Shown one piece after another: positions 24,286 through 33,085 of a stretch of 45,038 bases of DNA (the stretch's first letter is position 1; each line of letters starts with the position of its first letter). Below the pieces are notes generated by a model. The model saw nothing but the letters and a program-made list of their open reading frames with translations, made no database searches and had not been told where the DNA came from. The position numbers and the translations under genes are program-made. The stretch spans positions 1 through 45,038 of the forward strand of contig JADHXV010000001.1 in NCBI GenBank assembly GCA_016782785.1, given 5' to 3'. The stretch is from Planctomycetota bacterium. GTDB lineage: Bacteria > Planctomycetota > Phycisphaerae > FEN-1346.

Positions 24286-24876
24286 TCAGGGCCGCCGGCC
24301 CGGCAGGAGCCGGGCGGCTTCCTGGGGCAGCATCTCCCGCGGATGGGTGGCCCGGGCGGACCGCAGCCGCCACTTGCCGTCGGCGTCCGGGCCGAACACG
24401 CCTTCCCACGTGATCCGCTCGTACTGCTTCTCGATTGTCAGCGGTGTGCCCGGCGCAGGGCGGAAGCGGTAGGTCTGCGTCACGACGGCGTCGGTGTCGC
24501 CGATGGCGAGCTGAGGCGCCTCGGCGGAAGCCCGGACGTACTCGAGGCCCCGTCGGACCAGGTTGGCCAAGCCGTCCTTGTCGAGCGAGTCGCTCTTGTA
24601 CGCCGGCGAGATGCAGGCGATGAACGCTTCGGCCCGGCCCGCGTCGACGGCGCGGTCCATGACGTCGAGCGTGCGGACGAGCCGCTCGCGGTCCGTCTCG
24701 ACGGTGTACGCCAGGACGCCGACGAGCAGTCCGGCGGCGACGCAGACGACGGCGGCGAGGCGGCATCCGGACGCCCCGCGCCGGCGCCAGATCGTCCCGC
24801 ACACGACCGTGGCGATGGCGAGCGCAACGAGCAGGGTGGTCGGGTTCTCGAAGACGAGATGGCGGAGCAGGTCCAT
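24286..24876 (-). CDS. Membrane-anchored protein of unknown function
   Basis: Two N-terminal hydrophobic helices (TTLLVALAIATVVCGTIW and LAAVVCVAAGLLVGVLAY) precede a soluble domain of about 130 aa. ATG 24876 was chosen. Confidence 0.55.
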   Translation of the reverse strand: MDLLRHLVFENPTTLLVALAIATVVCGTIWRRRGASGCRLAAVVCVAAGLLVGVLAYTVETDRERLVRTLDVMDRAVDAGRAEAFIACISPAYKSDSLDKDGLANLVRRGLEYVRASAEAPQLAIGDTDAVVTQTYRFRPAPGTPLTIEKQYERITWEGVFGPDADGKWRLRSARATHPREMLPQEAARLLPGRRP

Positions 24877-24964
24877 GGCGGCCCCCCCTGGCTGCACGGC
24901 TCAACATCAATGATACGAGAAGCAGGCGGGGCGCGTCATCGAAAAACTGGAGTCGTGCGGCGCG

Positions 24965-24997
24965 CAAAAGGGGAGGCGGGGGTGAGGTCCCCGCCTC
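24965..24997 (-). terminator. Probable intrinsic terminator downstream of rpoD
   Basis: On the minus strand, gaggcgggg-acctcac-ccccgcctc (9-bp stem) is followed by cccttttg. A second hairpin, ggcaaagg...cctttgcc, lies at 25004-25027. The site is about 100 nt after the rpoD stop. Confidence 0.5.
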
Positions 24998-25096
24998 GGG
25001 TCGGCAAAGGGGCAGTGCGCCTTTGCCGGGACTCGTGTTGTCTACTCGCGGCCGGCCGCGCGGCGCTGGTTCTGCCGTGCCGCCGCCCTTGCGCGG

Positions 25097-26842
25097 TCAG
25101 AAGAACGACGGCCGGGTCTCGTGCCGCCGCTGCTCCAGGAACCCCTCGAGTTTCCGGCTGCGGACAGGGTGCTGGAGTTTGCGGATGGCCTTGGCCTCGA
25201 TCTGCCGGACGCGTTCGCGCGTGACGCGGAAGATGCGGCCGACCTCCTCCAGCGTGTACGTCTGCCCGTCGCCGATGCCGTACCGGAGTTTGATGATCTC
25301 GCGTTCGCGGTACGTGAGGGTCTTAAGGACATGGTCGATTTTCGATTTCAGCATTTCCTGGGTGGCGGCCGTGACGGGCGACTCGGCGGTGTCGTCCTCG
25401 ATGAAGTCGCCGAAGTACGAGTCCTCGCTTTCGCCCACGGGCCGGTCCAGGCTGATGGGGTGCCGGCTGATCTTCATGACGCGGCGGACCTCGGCCAGTG
25501 GCAGGTTGGCCCCGGAGGCCAGTTCCTCGAGCGTGGGTTCGCGGCCGACCTCCTGGAGAAACTGCTTTGAGATATTCCGCAGTTTCGACATCGTCTCGAT
25601 CATATGGACCGGGATGCGGATGGTCCGGGCCTGGTCGGCGATGGCCCGCGTAATGGCCTGGCGAATCCACCACGTGGCGTAGGTCGAGAACTTGTAGCCG
25701 CGGCGGTACTCGTACTTGTCGACCGCCCGCATCAGGCCGGTGTTGCCCTCCTGGATGAGGTCCAGGAACGAGAGGCCGCGGTTGCGGTATTTCTTGGCGA
25801 TCGAGACCACCAGGCGCAGGTTCCCGCCGGAGAGTTTGCGTTTGGCCTCTTCGTACTCGCCGAAGCACTGCTGGATGCGCGCGACGCGCTTGGCGAGTTC
25901 GTCGACGCTTTCGCCGCTCAGGCGTTCGAACCCGGCGAGTTCCTCGCGCAGGGCGGCGGCCTCGGCGGCATCCTCGGCGCTCGCGCCGATTTCGTCGAGC
26001 CGGCGCGCAATCTCCTGCTCCTTGAGGTGGATGCCGATCAGTTTCTTCATGACGCCCTGGACCTTCGAGGTCCGAAGGCTGAGTTCCTCGAGCAGGTGGA
26101 CGCATTTCTGCCGGCGAGCCCGCATCTGCCGGCGCAGCGCCTCGGCCTCGTTGTTCGACGGGCGCCCGTCAACCAGCCGGTCGTAGTCGCCGCGGTTGGC
26201 CCGGAGCAGACTCTCGGCCGTGTCGAGGTTCTCGGGCGACCGCTTGATGATGGTGTTCTTGGCCAGGTTCTCCGAGATGCAGATCTTCATCGTGCGGTCG
26301 AACGGCAACTCGCCGGACTCCACCTGGCGCAGAATCTGGACGGCGCCGGCGATGGCCTCGTCGCTGGCCAGGACCTTCCGGCGGAACTGCTTCCGCGTCA
26401 GTTCGATGCGCTTGGCCAGAAAAATCTCCTCGTCGCGCGACAGCAGCGGAATCTCGCCCATCTGCGTCAGGTACATCCGGACGGGGTCGTCGATGCGCTT
26501 TTGCGTTTCGGCGTCGGTGGGGCCGGCCACACGGGCGGCGCGCTGGGCGGGCCCGGCGGATTCCCATTCGCTGTCCGACTCGCCCCGACGCGGCCGCTCG
26601 CGCCCGTCGCGCAGGGCCACCTCGTTCTCGTCCAGCAGTTCCACGCCCATCTCGTCCAGTTGCATGAGGATGCGGTCCAGGCGGTCGGGGCTGACCAGGT
26701 CGTCCGGCAGGCTGTCGTTCATCTCTTCGTAGGTCAGGTACCCGCGCTCTTTGCCCCGCTGCATCAGATCCTGGATCTGCTGCTCGGCGTTGATCCTGGC
26801 TTTGTGCTTGGTGTTGGCCATTGTGTCCTCGGGCGTCTCCAT
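25097..26842 (-). CDS. rpoD: RNA polymerase primary sigma factor (sigma-70)
   Basis: Region 1.1 ([14 protein letters not shown]), region 2 ([41 protein letters not shown]), region 3, and region 4 ([27 protein letters not shown]). The alternative start ATG 26821 (MANTK) has the better RBS. Confidence 0.95.
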   Translation of the reverse strand: METPEDTMANTKHKARINAEQQIQDLMQRGKERGYLTYEEMNDSLPDDLVSPDRLDRILMQLDEMGVELLDENEVALRDGRERPRRGESDSEWESAGPAQRAARVAGPTDAETQKRIDDPVRMYLTQMGEIPLLSRDEEIFLAKRIELTRKQFRRKVLASDEAIAGAVQILRQVESGELPFDRTMKICISENLAKNTIIKRSPENLDTAESLLRANRGDYDRLVDGRPSNNEAEALRRQMRARRQKCVHLLEELSLRTSKVQGVMKKLIGIHLKEQEIARRLDEIGASAEDAAEAAALREELAGFERLSGESVDELAKRVARIQQCFGEYEEAKRKLSGGNLRLVVSIAKKYRNRGLSFLDLIQEGNTGLMRAVDKYEYRRGYKFSTYATWWIRQAITRAIADQARTIRIPVHMIETMSKLRNISKQFLQEVGREPTLEELASGANLPLAEVRRVMKISRHPISLDRPVGESEDSYFGDFIEDDTAESPVTAATQEMLKSKIDHVLKTLTYREREIIKLRYGIGDGQTYTLEEVGRIFRVTRERVRQIEAKAIRKLQHPVRSRKLEGFLEQRRHETRPSFF

Positions 26843-26887
26843 CCCGGCGTCGGGTGACGTGGGTTTCCGGGCGTTCAGCCTCGCCTT

Positions 26888-28777
26888 CTATGCCTGTCCG
26901 GAGTCGCCGGACATCCGCTTCCGGGCCGCCGGCGTCGTAAAAGCTTGTTTCTTGGCTTCGTTGCCGCGAGCCTCGGCGAACTCCTTCAGCGCCTTGTTCG
27001 GGTCGGCGCCGCCTTGGGTCGGGGCCTGGCCACGGGCCTGGCGACGGGCCTCCAGCAGCGCCTCCTCTTCGATCTTCTTGAAATCCCTCAGGGCCTCCTC
27101 GAGCAGGTGCTCGATCGGGCCGGGACCGGTGTCCGCCGGGTTCCTGACTGTTTCCATCGCTTGGCCTTGCTCGAACAACTCCACCGCCAGACTCGCGTCG
27201 GCCGGGTCCTCCATGCCGCGCACGAGGCCCGCCACGTCGGCGTCGCCGGCCGACGGGCTCGACCGGATCGCCTCGTACAGGCGCCGGAAGGCCGGCGTCT
27301 CGATGCGTTCCGGCGGCACGCGGTCCAGCACGTCCTCGATGGCCGACGGCCGGCACACCAGCGCCGTCAGCAGTTTCCGTTCGGCGACCCACTGCCGGCC
27401 GCGATGGGCCGCGTCGGGCAGGTTCCGGCCGACCTCGGTGCCGGCGGCTGACCGGCCTGCCGGCCGCCGCAGCCGGCGGAACTCGGCCCGCAGGGTCGCC
27501 TCCGGGATGCCGAGCGTCCGGCTCATGTGCCCCAGGATGAGGTCGCGCTGGAGCCTCAGGTCCTGCTGCGCCAGGGCAGGGGCCTTCAGGACGCTTTCGA
27601 GCATCGCCCGAAGGGCCCGCTCGCGGGCCGCCGGGTTCGTGGCCGCGTCCAGGTCCTGCTGGACGAGGTCCCACTTGTACTTGAAGGCGTCGGCGGCCCC
27701 GGCCAGGCACTGCCGGAAGCCGTCGGCCCCGTGGAGCGTGCAGAAGTCGCACGGGTCCTTGCCTTCAGGCACGACGGCCACGAGGATACGGACGTCGTGG
27801 GCGAGGAAAAGTTCCATCGCCCGGTCGGCCGCCCGCCGGCCCGCCAGGTCGCTGTCGAAGACCACGACGACCTCGTCGGCGTAGCGTTTCAGGGCCTGGA
27901 TGTGGTCGTCGGTCAGGGCCGTGCCGAGCGTTGCCACGCACGTCCTGACGCCTGACTGCCACGGGGTAATCACGTCGAAATACCCTTCGACGACGACCGC
28001 CCGTCGGTCCGCCTCGATGGCCTCCCGCGCCTGCGGCAGACCGTAAAGGGCCTCCTTCTTGTGAAAGAGCGGCGTTTCCGGCGAGTTCAGGTACTTAGGC
28101 TCCTCGTCGCCCAGGACCCGCCCGCCGAACCCGATCGGCCGGTTCAACGCGTCGAAGATCGGGAAGATTGCCCGTCCCCGGAACCGGTCGTAGTAGCCTG
28201 TGCCGTCGTTTCGCGGAATGACGAGCCCGGCCTGTTCGAGCATGTCCAGGCCGATGCCGTCCCGAGCGCCGGCGCGAATCAGGTTGTCCCAGCCTTCGGG
28301 CGCGAAACCGAGGCCGAACGCCTTGATCGTTTCGTCCGCCAGGCCGCGTTGCTTCAGGTACTCGCGGCCGGGCGTGCCGAGCGTCGGATGCGCCAAGCCG
28401 GCCTGGAACCGTTCCTGGGCCCAGGTCAGGACGTCGCGCAGCCGGCGTCGGCCTTGCGTCTTCCGGCGGGCGTCGGGATCCTCCCGCAGTTCTATACCCG
28501 CCCGCTCGGCCAATATTCGCACGGCCTCGGGGAACGTGATGCTCTCCTTGGCCATCACGAAGTTAAACACACTGCCGCCACGCCCGCACCCGAAGCACTT
28601 GAAAATCTGCTTCGCGGGGCTGACGGTAAACGAGGGCGTCTTCTCGGCGTGGAAGGGGCACAGCGCCACATAGTCCTTTCCCGCCCTCTTGAGCGGGAAG
28701 TACCCCGACACCACCTCTACGATGTCGTTGGCGCGTGCAACTTCGTCTAGAATGTCGTTCGAGAAGAGTCCCGGCAA
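26888..28777 (-). CDS. dnaG: DNA primase
   Basis: Zinc ribbon CPFHAEKTPSFTVSPAKQIFKCFGCG, then the RNA-polymerase core, then Toprim (VVVEGYFDV...VVFDSDLAGRRA). The only start consistent with the conserved N-terminus is TTG at 28777. Confidence 0.93.
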   Translation of the reverse strand: MPGLFSNDILDEVARANDIVEVVSGYFPLKRAGKDYVALCPFHAEKTPSFTVSPAKQIFKCFGCGRGGSVFNFVMAKESITFPEAVRILAERAGIELREDPDARRKTQGRRRLRDVLTWAQERFQAGLAHPTLGTPGREYLKQRGLADETIKAFGLGFAPEGWDNLIRAGARDGIGLDMLEQAGLVIPRNDGTGYYDRFRGRAIFPIFDALNRPIGFGGRVLGDEEPKYLNSPETPLFHKKEALYGLPQAREAIEADRRAVVVEGYFDVITPWQSGVRTCVATLGTALTDDHIQALKRYADEVVVVFDSDLAGRRAADRAMELFLAHDVRILVAVVPEGKDPCDFCTLHGADGFRQCLAGAADAFKYKWDLVQQDLDAATNPAARERALRAMLESVLKAPALAQQDLRLQRDLILGHMSRTLGIPEATLRAEFRRLRRPAGRSAAGTEVGRNLPDAAHRGRQWVAERKLLTALVCRPSAIEDVLDRVPPERIETPAFRRLYEAIRSSPSAGDADVAGLVRGMEDPADASLAVELFEQGQAMETVRNPADTGPGPIEHLLEEALRDFKKIEEEALLEARRQARGQAPTQGGADPNKALKEFAEARGNEAKKQAFTTPAARKRMSGDSGQA

Positions 28778-28850
28778 CGCACCCGCCCAGCAGCCCCCTC
28801 ACTCTGGTTCACATCCTCTGCCGGGGGCCTAGCCCCCCGCGAATCGTGTA

Positions 28851-28879
28851 AGTATACTTGACGGCAGGCCCTAAGTCAA
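28851..28879 (-). promoter_or_regulatory. Sigma-70-like promoter upstream of dnaG (TTGACT-17-TATACT)
   Basis: The reverse complement of 28851-28879 reads ttgact tagggcctgccgtcaag tatact. It lies about 75 nt upstream of the dnaG start in a locally AT-richer gap. Confidence 0.5.
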
Positions 28880-29109
28880 GTCTTAGCGTCACGTTTGGCC
28901 GAATCCGAGGATATTCAAGGCAACAGCCGTATACCTTCGTGTTCACGGGGAGGCCGATTCGGCTCCGGTCCCAATAAACGCGGCAGGCCGGTCGAGGTTT
29001 CGCTGAAAATAGAGCTTCTCCAGGTTCCCTGGCATCCCTGCCTTGACAAAGTCGCCGTCCGACCGGCTCCACGACCCTCGCCATCGGCCCGGCCATGGCG
29101 CCCAAGGCA

Positions 29110-29138
29110 TTGACCCGCCCCCGGCCGGCCACTATCAT
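29110..29138 (+). promoter_or_regulatory. Sigma-70-like promoter upstream of glyQS (TTGACC-17-TATCAT)
   Basis: ttgacc cgcccccggccggccac tatcat. The -10 element ends 38 nt before ATG 29177. Confidence 0.5.
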
Positions 29139-29176
29139 GGCCCGCTCGAACGCACAAAGAAGGGGCGGAAACCACC

Positions 29177-30883
29177 ATGGCCAACGATACCGACCTCATG
29201 GAGAAAATCGTCGCCTTGGCGAAACGGCGGGGGTTCATCTTCCCATCCAGCGAGATCTACGGCGGCATCAACGGCTTCTGGGACTACGGCCCCCTGGGCG
29301 TGGAACTGAAGCGGAACATCAAGGACGCCTGGTGGCACGACGTGGTCCGCTGCCCGCCCGCCGGCCCCGACGGCCGGCCCATCGAAATGGTCGGCCTGGA
29401 CTGCTCCATCATCATGAACCCGAAGGTGTGGGAGGCCAGCGGGCACCTTTCTGGTTTCACTGATCCGATGCGCAAGTGTCCTGGTTGCGGTCACTTTGTT
29501 CGCGCGGACCACCTTTGGGACGAACTGGCGACGGCGTCGGTGTGGGTGGACTCGCTGCTTCAGGAGTTCACCGTTGTCACCGGCGAGATTGATACGCCGC
29601 GTCTGCTGAAGTGGGCAAGGGGCAAGGGGAAACGAGTTGCTCCGAACTTGGCGCTTGTTCGTAATCCGGAAGTCACGCTCTCGTGGCTTGCCACACGCGT
29701 CAACGGGCAACCGGACGCGCCGCCGGACCTGACGGAACTCACACGGTATGTGGCGACCGAGCAGCTGCACCAGACGGGCCTGCAAGAGCCCTGTCCGCGG
29801 TGTGGCGCCCCGCTGGATGAACCATCTCAGGTTAGACTCATGTTCGAGTCTTGGGCCGGGATTGTGCAGGATGAGAGCCACAAGGTCTACCTCCGCCCCG
29901 AGACCGCCCAGGGCATCTTCTGCAACTTCAAGAACGTCCTCGACACGCAGCGCTTAAAAATGCCCTTCGGCATCGCCCAACTCGGCAAGGCGTTTCGCAA
30001 CGAGATCAACCCGCGCAACTACACGTTCCGCAGCCGCGAGTTCGAGCAGATGGAGATCGAGTTCTTCTGCCATCCCGACGAGGCCGACGCGTGGTACACG
30101 TACTGGCGCGACGCCCGGTACCGCTGGTACGTCGAGCACGGCCTGAAGAGCGACCGCCTGCGCCTCCGCGACCACGCCGAGGACGAACTGGCCCATTACG
30201 CCCGGTCCTGCGCCGACATCGAGTACGCCTTCCCGTTCGGCGTCTCGGAACTTGAGGGCGTCGCCAACCGGACGGACTTCGACCTGAAGGCCCACGAGAC
30301 ACATTCCGGCCGCGACATGACGTACTTCGACGAAGAGGCGTGGCAGCGCGACGCGCAGAACTTCACGCCCGAGCACTTCGGCGGCGATAAGAAGGCCGCC
30401 AAGGAGGCCGCCGACAATGCGAAGAAGGGTATGCCGTACCGCTTCACCCCGTACGTCATCGAGCCGTCGGGCGGCGTCGACCGGGCCGCGCTCGCGTTCC
30501 TGTGCGAGGCGTACGATGAGGACGAGGCCCCCGACGAAAAGGGCAACCCGCAAGGGCGGACGGTCCTCCGATTCCACCCGCGCCTGGCGCCCGTGAAGGT
30601 GGCCATCTTCCCGCTCGTCAAGAAGGACGGCATGCCCGAGAAGGCCCATGCCATTTACGAGGCGTGTCGCGAACATATGAGCGCCTTTTATGACGAGAAG
30701 AGCGCTGTCGGCCGCCGGTACCGCCGGCAGGACGAGGCCGGCACGCCGTTCTGTGTGACCGTGGACGGCCAGACGAACGAGGACGGGACGGTCACGGTCC
30801 GCGACCGCGACACGATGGAGCAGGTCCGCGTGCCGAGCGAAGGCGTGGTGACCTGGCTCCGAGACAGGCTTGGGCGGGTGTAG
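29177..30883 (+). CDS. glyQS: Glycine--tRNA ligase (homodimeric class II type)
   Basis: IVALAKRRGFIFPSSEIYGGINGFWDYGPLGVELKRNIK, motif 2 YLRPETAQGIFCNF...GKAFRNEI, motif 3 region IEPSGGVDR and a C-terminal anticodon-binding domain. A long insertion is bounded by CPGCG (29477-) and CPRCG (29792-). Confidence 0.95.
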   Translation: MANDTDLMEKIVALAKRRGFIFPSSEIYGGINGFWDYGPLGVELKRNIKDAWWHDVVRCPPAGPDGRPIEMVGLDCSIIMNPKVWEASGHLSGFTDPMRKCPGCGHFVRADHLWDELATASVWVDSLLQEFTVVTGEIDTPRLLKWARGKGKRVAPNLALVRNPEVTLSWLATRVNGQPDAPPDLTELTRYVATEQLHQTGLQEPCPRCGAPLDEPSQVRLMFESWAGIVQDESHKVYLRPETAQGIFCNFKNVLDTQRLKMPFGIAQLGKAFRNEINPRNYTFRSREFEQMEIEFFCHPDEADAWYTYWRDARYRWYVEHGLKSDRLRLRDHAEDELAHYARSCADIEYAFPFGVSELEGVANRTDFDLKAHETHSGRDMTYFDEEAWQRDAQNFTPEHFGGDKKAAKEAADNAKKGMPYRFTPYVIEPSGGVDRAALAFLCEAYDEDEAPDEKGNPQGRTVLRFHPRLAPVKVAIFPLVKKDGMPEKAHAIYEACREHMSAFYDEKSAVGRRYRRQDEAGTPFCVTVDGQTNEDGTVTVRDRDTMEQVRVPSEGVVTWLRDRLGRV

Positions 30884-30885
30884 CG

Positions 30886-31031
30886 CGCCGCGCTGTTCGA
30901 GCCGCGACGGCCATGTCATTCCGAGCGAGCGAAGCGAGTCGAGGAATCTCGCTGTTCATGCTGGGCGAACAGCGAGATTTCTCCGCTCGGGCCTGGGCCT
31001 GTCGGCCTCGGCCCTCGGTCGAAATGACAAT
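30886..31031. repeat. Composite repeat block: REP-D leader (30888-30901), degenerate REP-A (30913-30953, +) and REP-A variant (30971-31031, inverted)
   Basis: cgctgttcgagccgcgac; then atgtcattccgag...gaggaatctcgct; then agcgagatttctccgctcgg...tcggtcgaaatgacaatg. The two REP-A-type units face each other. Confidence 0.75.
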
Positions 31032-31268
31032 GTTCCGCAGCGGTGGCTCGGCGGCGGCTCGGCGGCTCGCCAAAGACCGTCCGATAAACACATCCCGCCC
31101 AGCGTTTTTGTCTGAAGACCCTTCCCGCACGAGGCCGATGTTACACGCAGAGGCGCGGGGGGTATGTTCGTGACGCCGCCTGGCCCTGAGTGCCGCTTCG
31201 TGCGCGGCTTGTACGGGCCGCGCGGGAAACTCGTGGAGCCTCCGCCACTGCCGAGGGAGTCTGCCTCC

Positions 31269-32057
31269 GTGAACCGTGCAACGTTCGCCGCCCGGTTCCT
31301 GGTGCTGTCCGCCGTATTCGCGATGGCGGCCGCGGCCGGGTGTGACCGGAGCGGCCAGGCCGACCGGGCCGTGTTCGACTCCGGCTACGCCGCGCTCGAG
31401 GCCGGCCAGTGGGACCAGGCCGTCAAGGACTTCAGCCGGTACCTCCGCATGGACCCCGACTCGCCGAACCGCGGCGAGGTGTACTATTACCGCGGGCAGG
31501 CGCTCGTGCATCTGAAGCGTCCGGACGAGGCCAAAGCCGACTTCCTCCGGGCCATCGGCGCCGGGGTCCATGAGCCTGTCGACCAGTACGCCCGCATCGC
31601 GCTCGGCAACCTGTATTACGAAGAGGCGAACGACGTCGAGGCCATCAAGCAGTACGCCGCCGTCCTCAAGAACCCGCACAGTGAGGTGCCGGTGCCGCTG
31701 GTCCTCCTGAGGACTGGCGTGGCGCTTCAGCGGCTGGGCAAGTGGGACACGGGGAAGCGGTACCTGGAGTACCTGGTCGCGCATTACCCGAAGACGGCGG
31801 TGGCCGGGCAGGCCGCGCGGTATCTTCAGGCCGATGCGTTCAGCGTGCAGACGGGGGCGTTTTCGTCGCGGACGACGGCCGCCACGCAGGCCCGGCAGGT
31901 CCAGCAGGCCGGCTTCGCGGCTCAACTGGCCCCGGTGAGCGGCAACGGCCGCCCGCTGACGGCCGTGCAGGTCGGCCGCGCACGCACCTACGCCGAAGCC
32001 TCTGTTCTGGCGAACCGCCTTCGCAGCGCAGGGTTCGATACGCTCATTGTGCCGTAG
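31269..32057 (+). CDS. Lipoprotein with TPR repeats and a C-terminal SPOR (peptidoglycan-binding) domain
   Basis: VNRATFAARFLVLSAVFAMAAAAGC is a signal peptide plus lipobox. TPR-like units follow. The C-terminus FSVQTGAFSSRTTAATQARQVQQAGFAA...VQVGRARTYAEASVLANRLRSAGFDTLIV is SPOR-like. GTG 31269 was chosen; the track ORF starts at 31164. Confidence 0.7.
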   Translation: MNRATFAARFLVLSAVFAMAAAAGCDRSGQADRAVFDSGYAALEAGQWDQAVKDFSRYLRMDPDSPNRGEVYYYRGQALVHLKRPDEAKADFLRAIGAGVHEPVDQYARIALGNLYYEEANDVEAIKQYAAVLKNPHSEVPVPLVLLRTGVALQRLGKWDTGKRYLEYLVAHYPKTAVAGQAARYLQADAFSVQTGAFSSRTTAATQARQVQQAGFAAQLAPVSGNGRPLTAVQVGRARTYAEASVLANRLRSAGFDTLIVP

Positions 32058-32077
32058 CGGGGCCGGTGGTCCGAACC

Positions 32078-33085
32078 ATGATCCGATCCGAGGCCAAACG
32101 CCGACACGATTACCGCAAGGAGGCCCGTCTGCGCGACCTCGTGCAGGCCGAGCCCGGCCGGGCCCAGGGCTACAGCCGTCTGGCGGCGTGGTTGGCGCGG
32201 ACCGGTCGCCCCGGCCAGGCCCTGGACGTGCTCCGCCGCGGGCTGGCGGTGGCGGACCGTCCGGCCGACCTGGACCACCTGATGGGCCTGATGCTGTGCA
32301 GCGCGGGGACGTGGGAGTCGGGCGTGCGGCATCTGGAGCGGGCGGTCGCGCGCGAGCCCGCGCGGTTCGCGTTCGTGCGCGACCTGGCGCTGGCCCGGGC
32401 GGCCGCCGGTCGCACCGCGGCCTCGGTCGAGACGCTCCGCGACGCGGTCCGCCTGGCGGGTCCGCAGGGTCGGCGCCTGGTGTGGCTGCTGCGTCTGGCG
32501 GAGCGGGCGGTGAGGGAGTCGGGGGGCCGGCCGGCACGGCGTCCGCCGCCGCCGTCGCGCGAGGAGGCGGCCGTCGAGCAGATCGTCGCCCGCGAGCCCG
32601 AGGTGGCCGGGGCGCTGATTCCACGAAAAGGCGCGCCGGGCACGCTTCGGCGCGAGGTGCTGCGTGCGGCCCGGCGGGCGCTGGCCGGCCTTCTGGCCGA
32701 GCGCCCCGCCCATGCCGACCTCTACTTCAGCCTGGGGCTGGTGGCCGAGGAACTGGGCGAAGTGGACCGGGCCATCGACGCCGCCGAGAAAGCCATCGCC
32801 TTGAATCCGACGTATGTGGAAGCGTGCCTGCTGGCGGTCCGGATGTACCGGAAGTCGGGCCGGGCCGAGCGGGCCGAGGACCGGTGCCGCGCGGCGGCAG
32901 ACCTGAGGCCGGACTGGGCGGACGTGCACGTCTCCCTGGGCCGAATCCTGCACGAGCAGGGCCGGCCGGACGAGGCCGCCGTGGCGTATCGCCGGGCCCT
33001 GGACCTGGGGGCCGACAGCGACGAGGCCCGCCGCGGCGTCGAGGCGGTGGCGTCGGCCGCCCGGCCGGAAGGAGGGGGCGCGTGA
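32078..33085 (+). CDS. TPR repeat protein
   Basis: Repeated A-rich 34-aa helical-pair units (ALDVLRRGLAVADRP, AIDAAEKAIALNPTYVEA, AAVAYRRALDLGAD). Start is ATG 32078. Confidence 0.7.
   Translation: MIRSEAKRRHDYRKEARLRDLVQAEPGRAQGYSRLAAWLARTGRPGQALDVLRRGLAVADRPADLDHLMGLMLCSAGTWESGVRHLERAVAREPARFAFVRDLALARAAAGRTAASVETLRDAVRLAGPQGRRLVWLLRLAERAVRESGGRPARRPPPPSREEAAVEQIVAREPEVAGALIPRKGAPGTLRREVLRAARRALAGLLAERPAHADLYFSLGLVAEELGEVDRAIDAAEKAIALNPTYVEACLLAVRMYRKSGRAERAEDRCRAAADLRPDWADVHVSLGRILHEQGRPDEAAVAYRRALDLGADSDEARRGVEAVASAARPEGGGA

Noticed and set aside
28880-29176. T-box or other known riboswitch leader upstream of glyQS
   Set aside because: I could not find a T-box core (AGGGTGGNACCGCG-like) or specifier architecture. 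The predicted promoter leaves only a leader of about 30 nt before the start codon.
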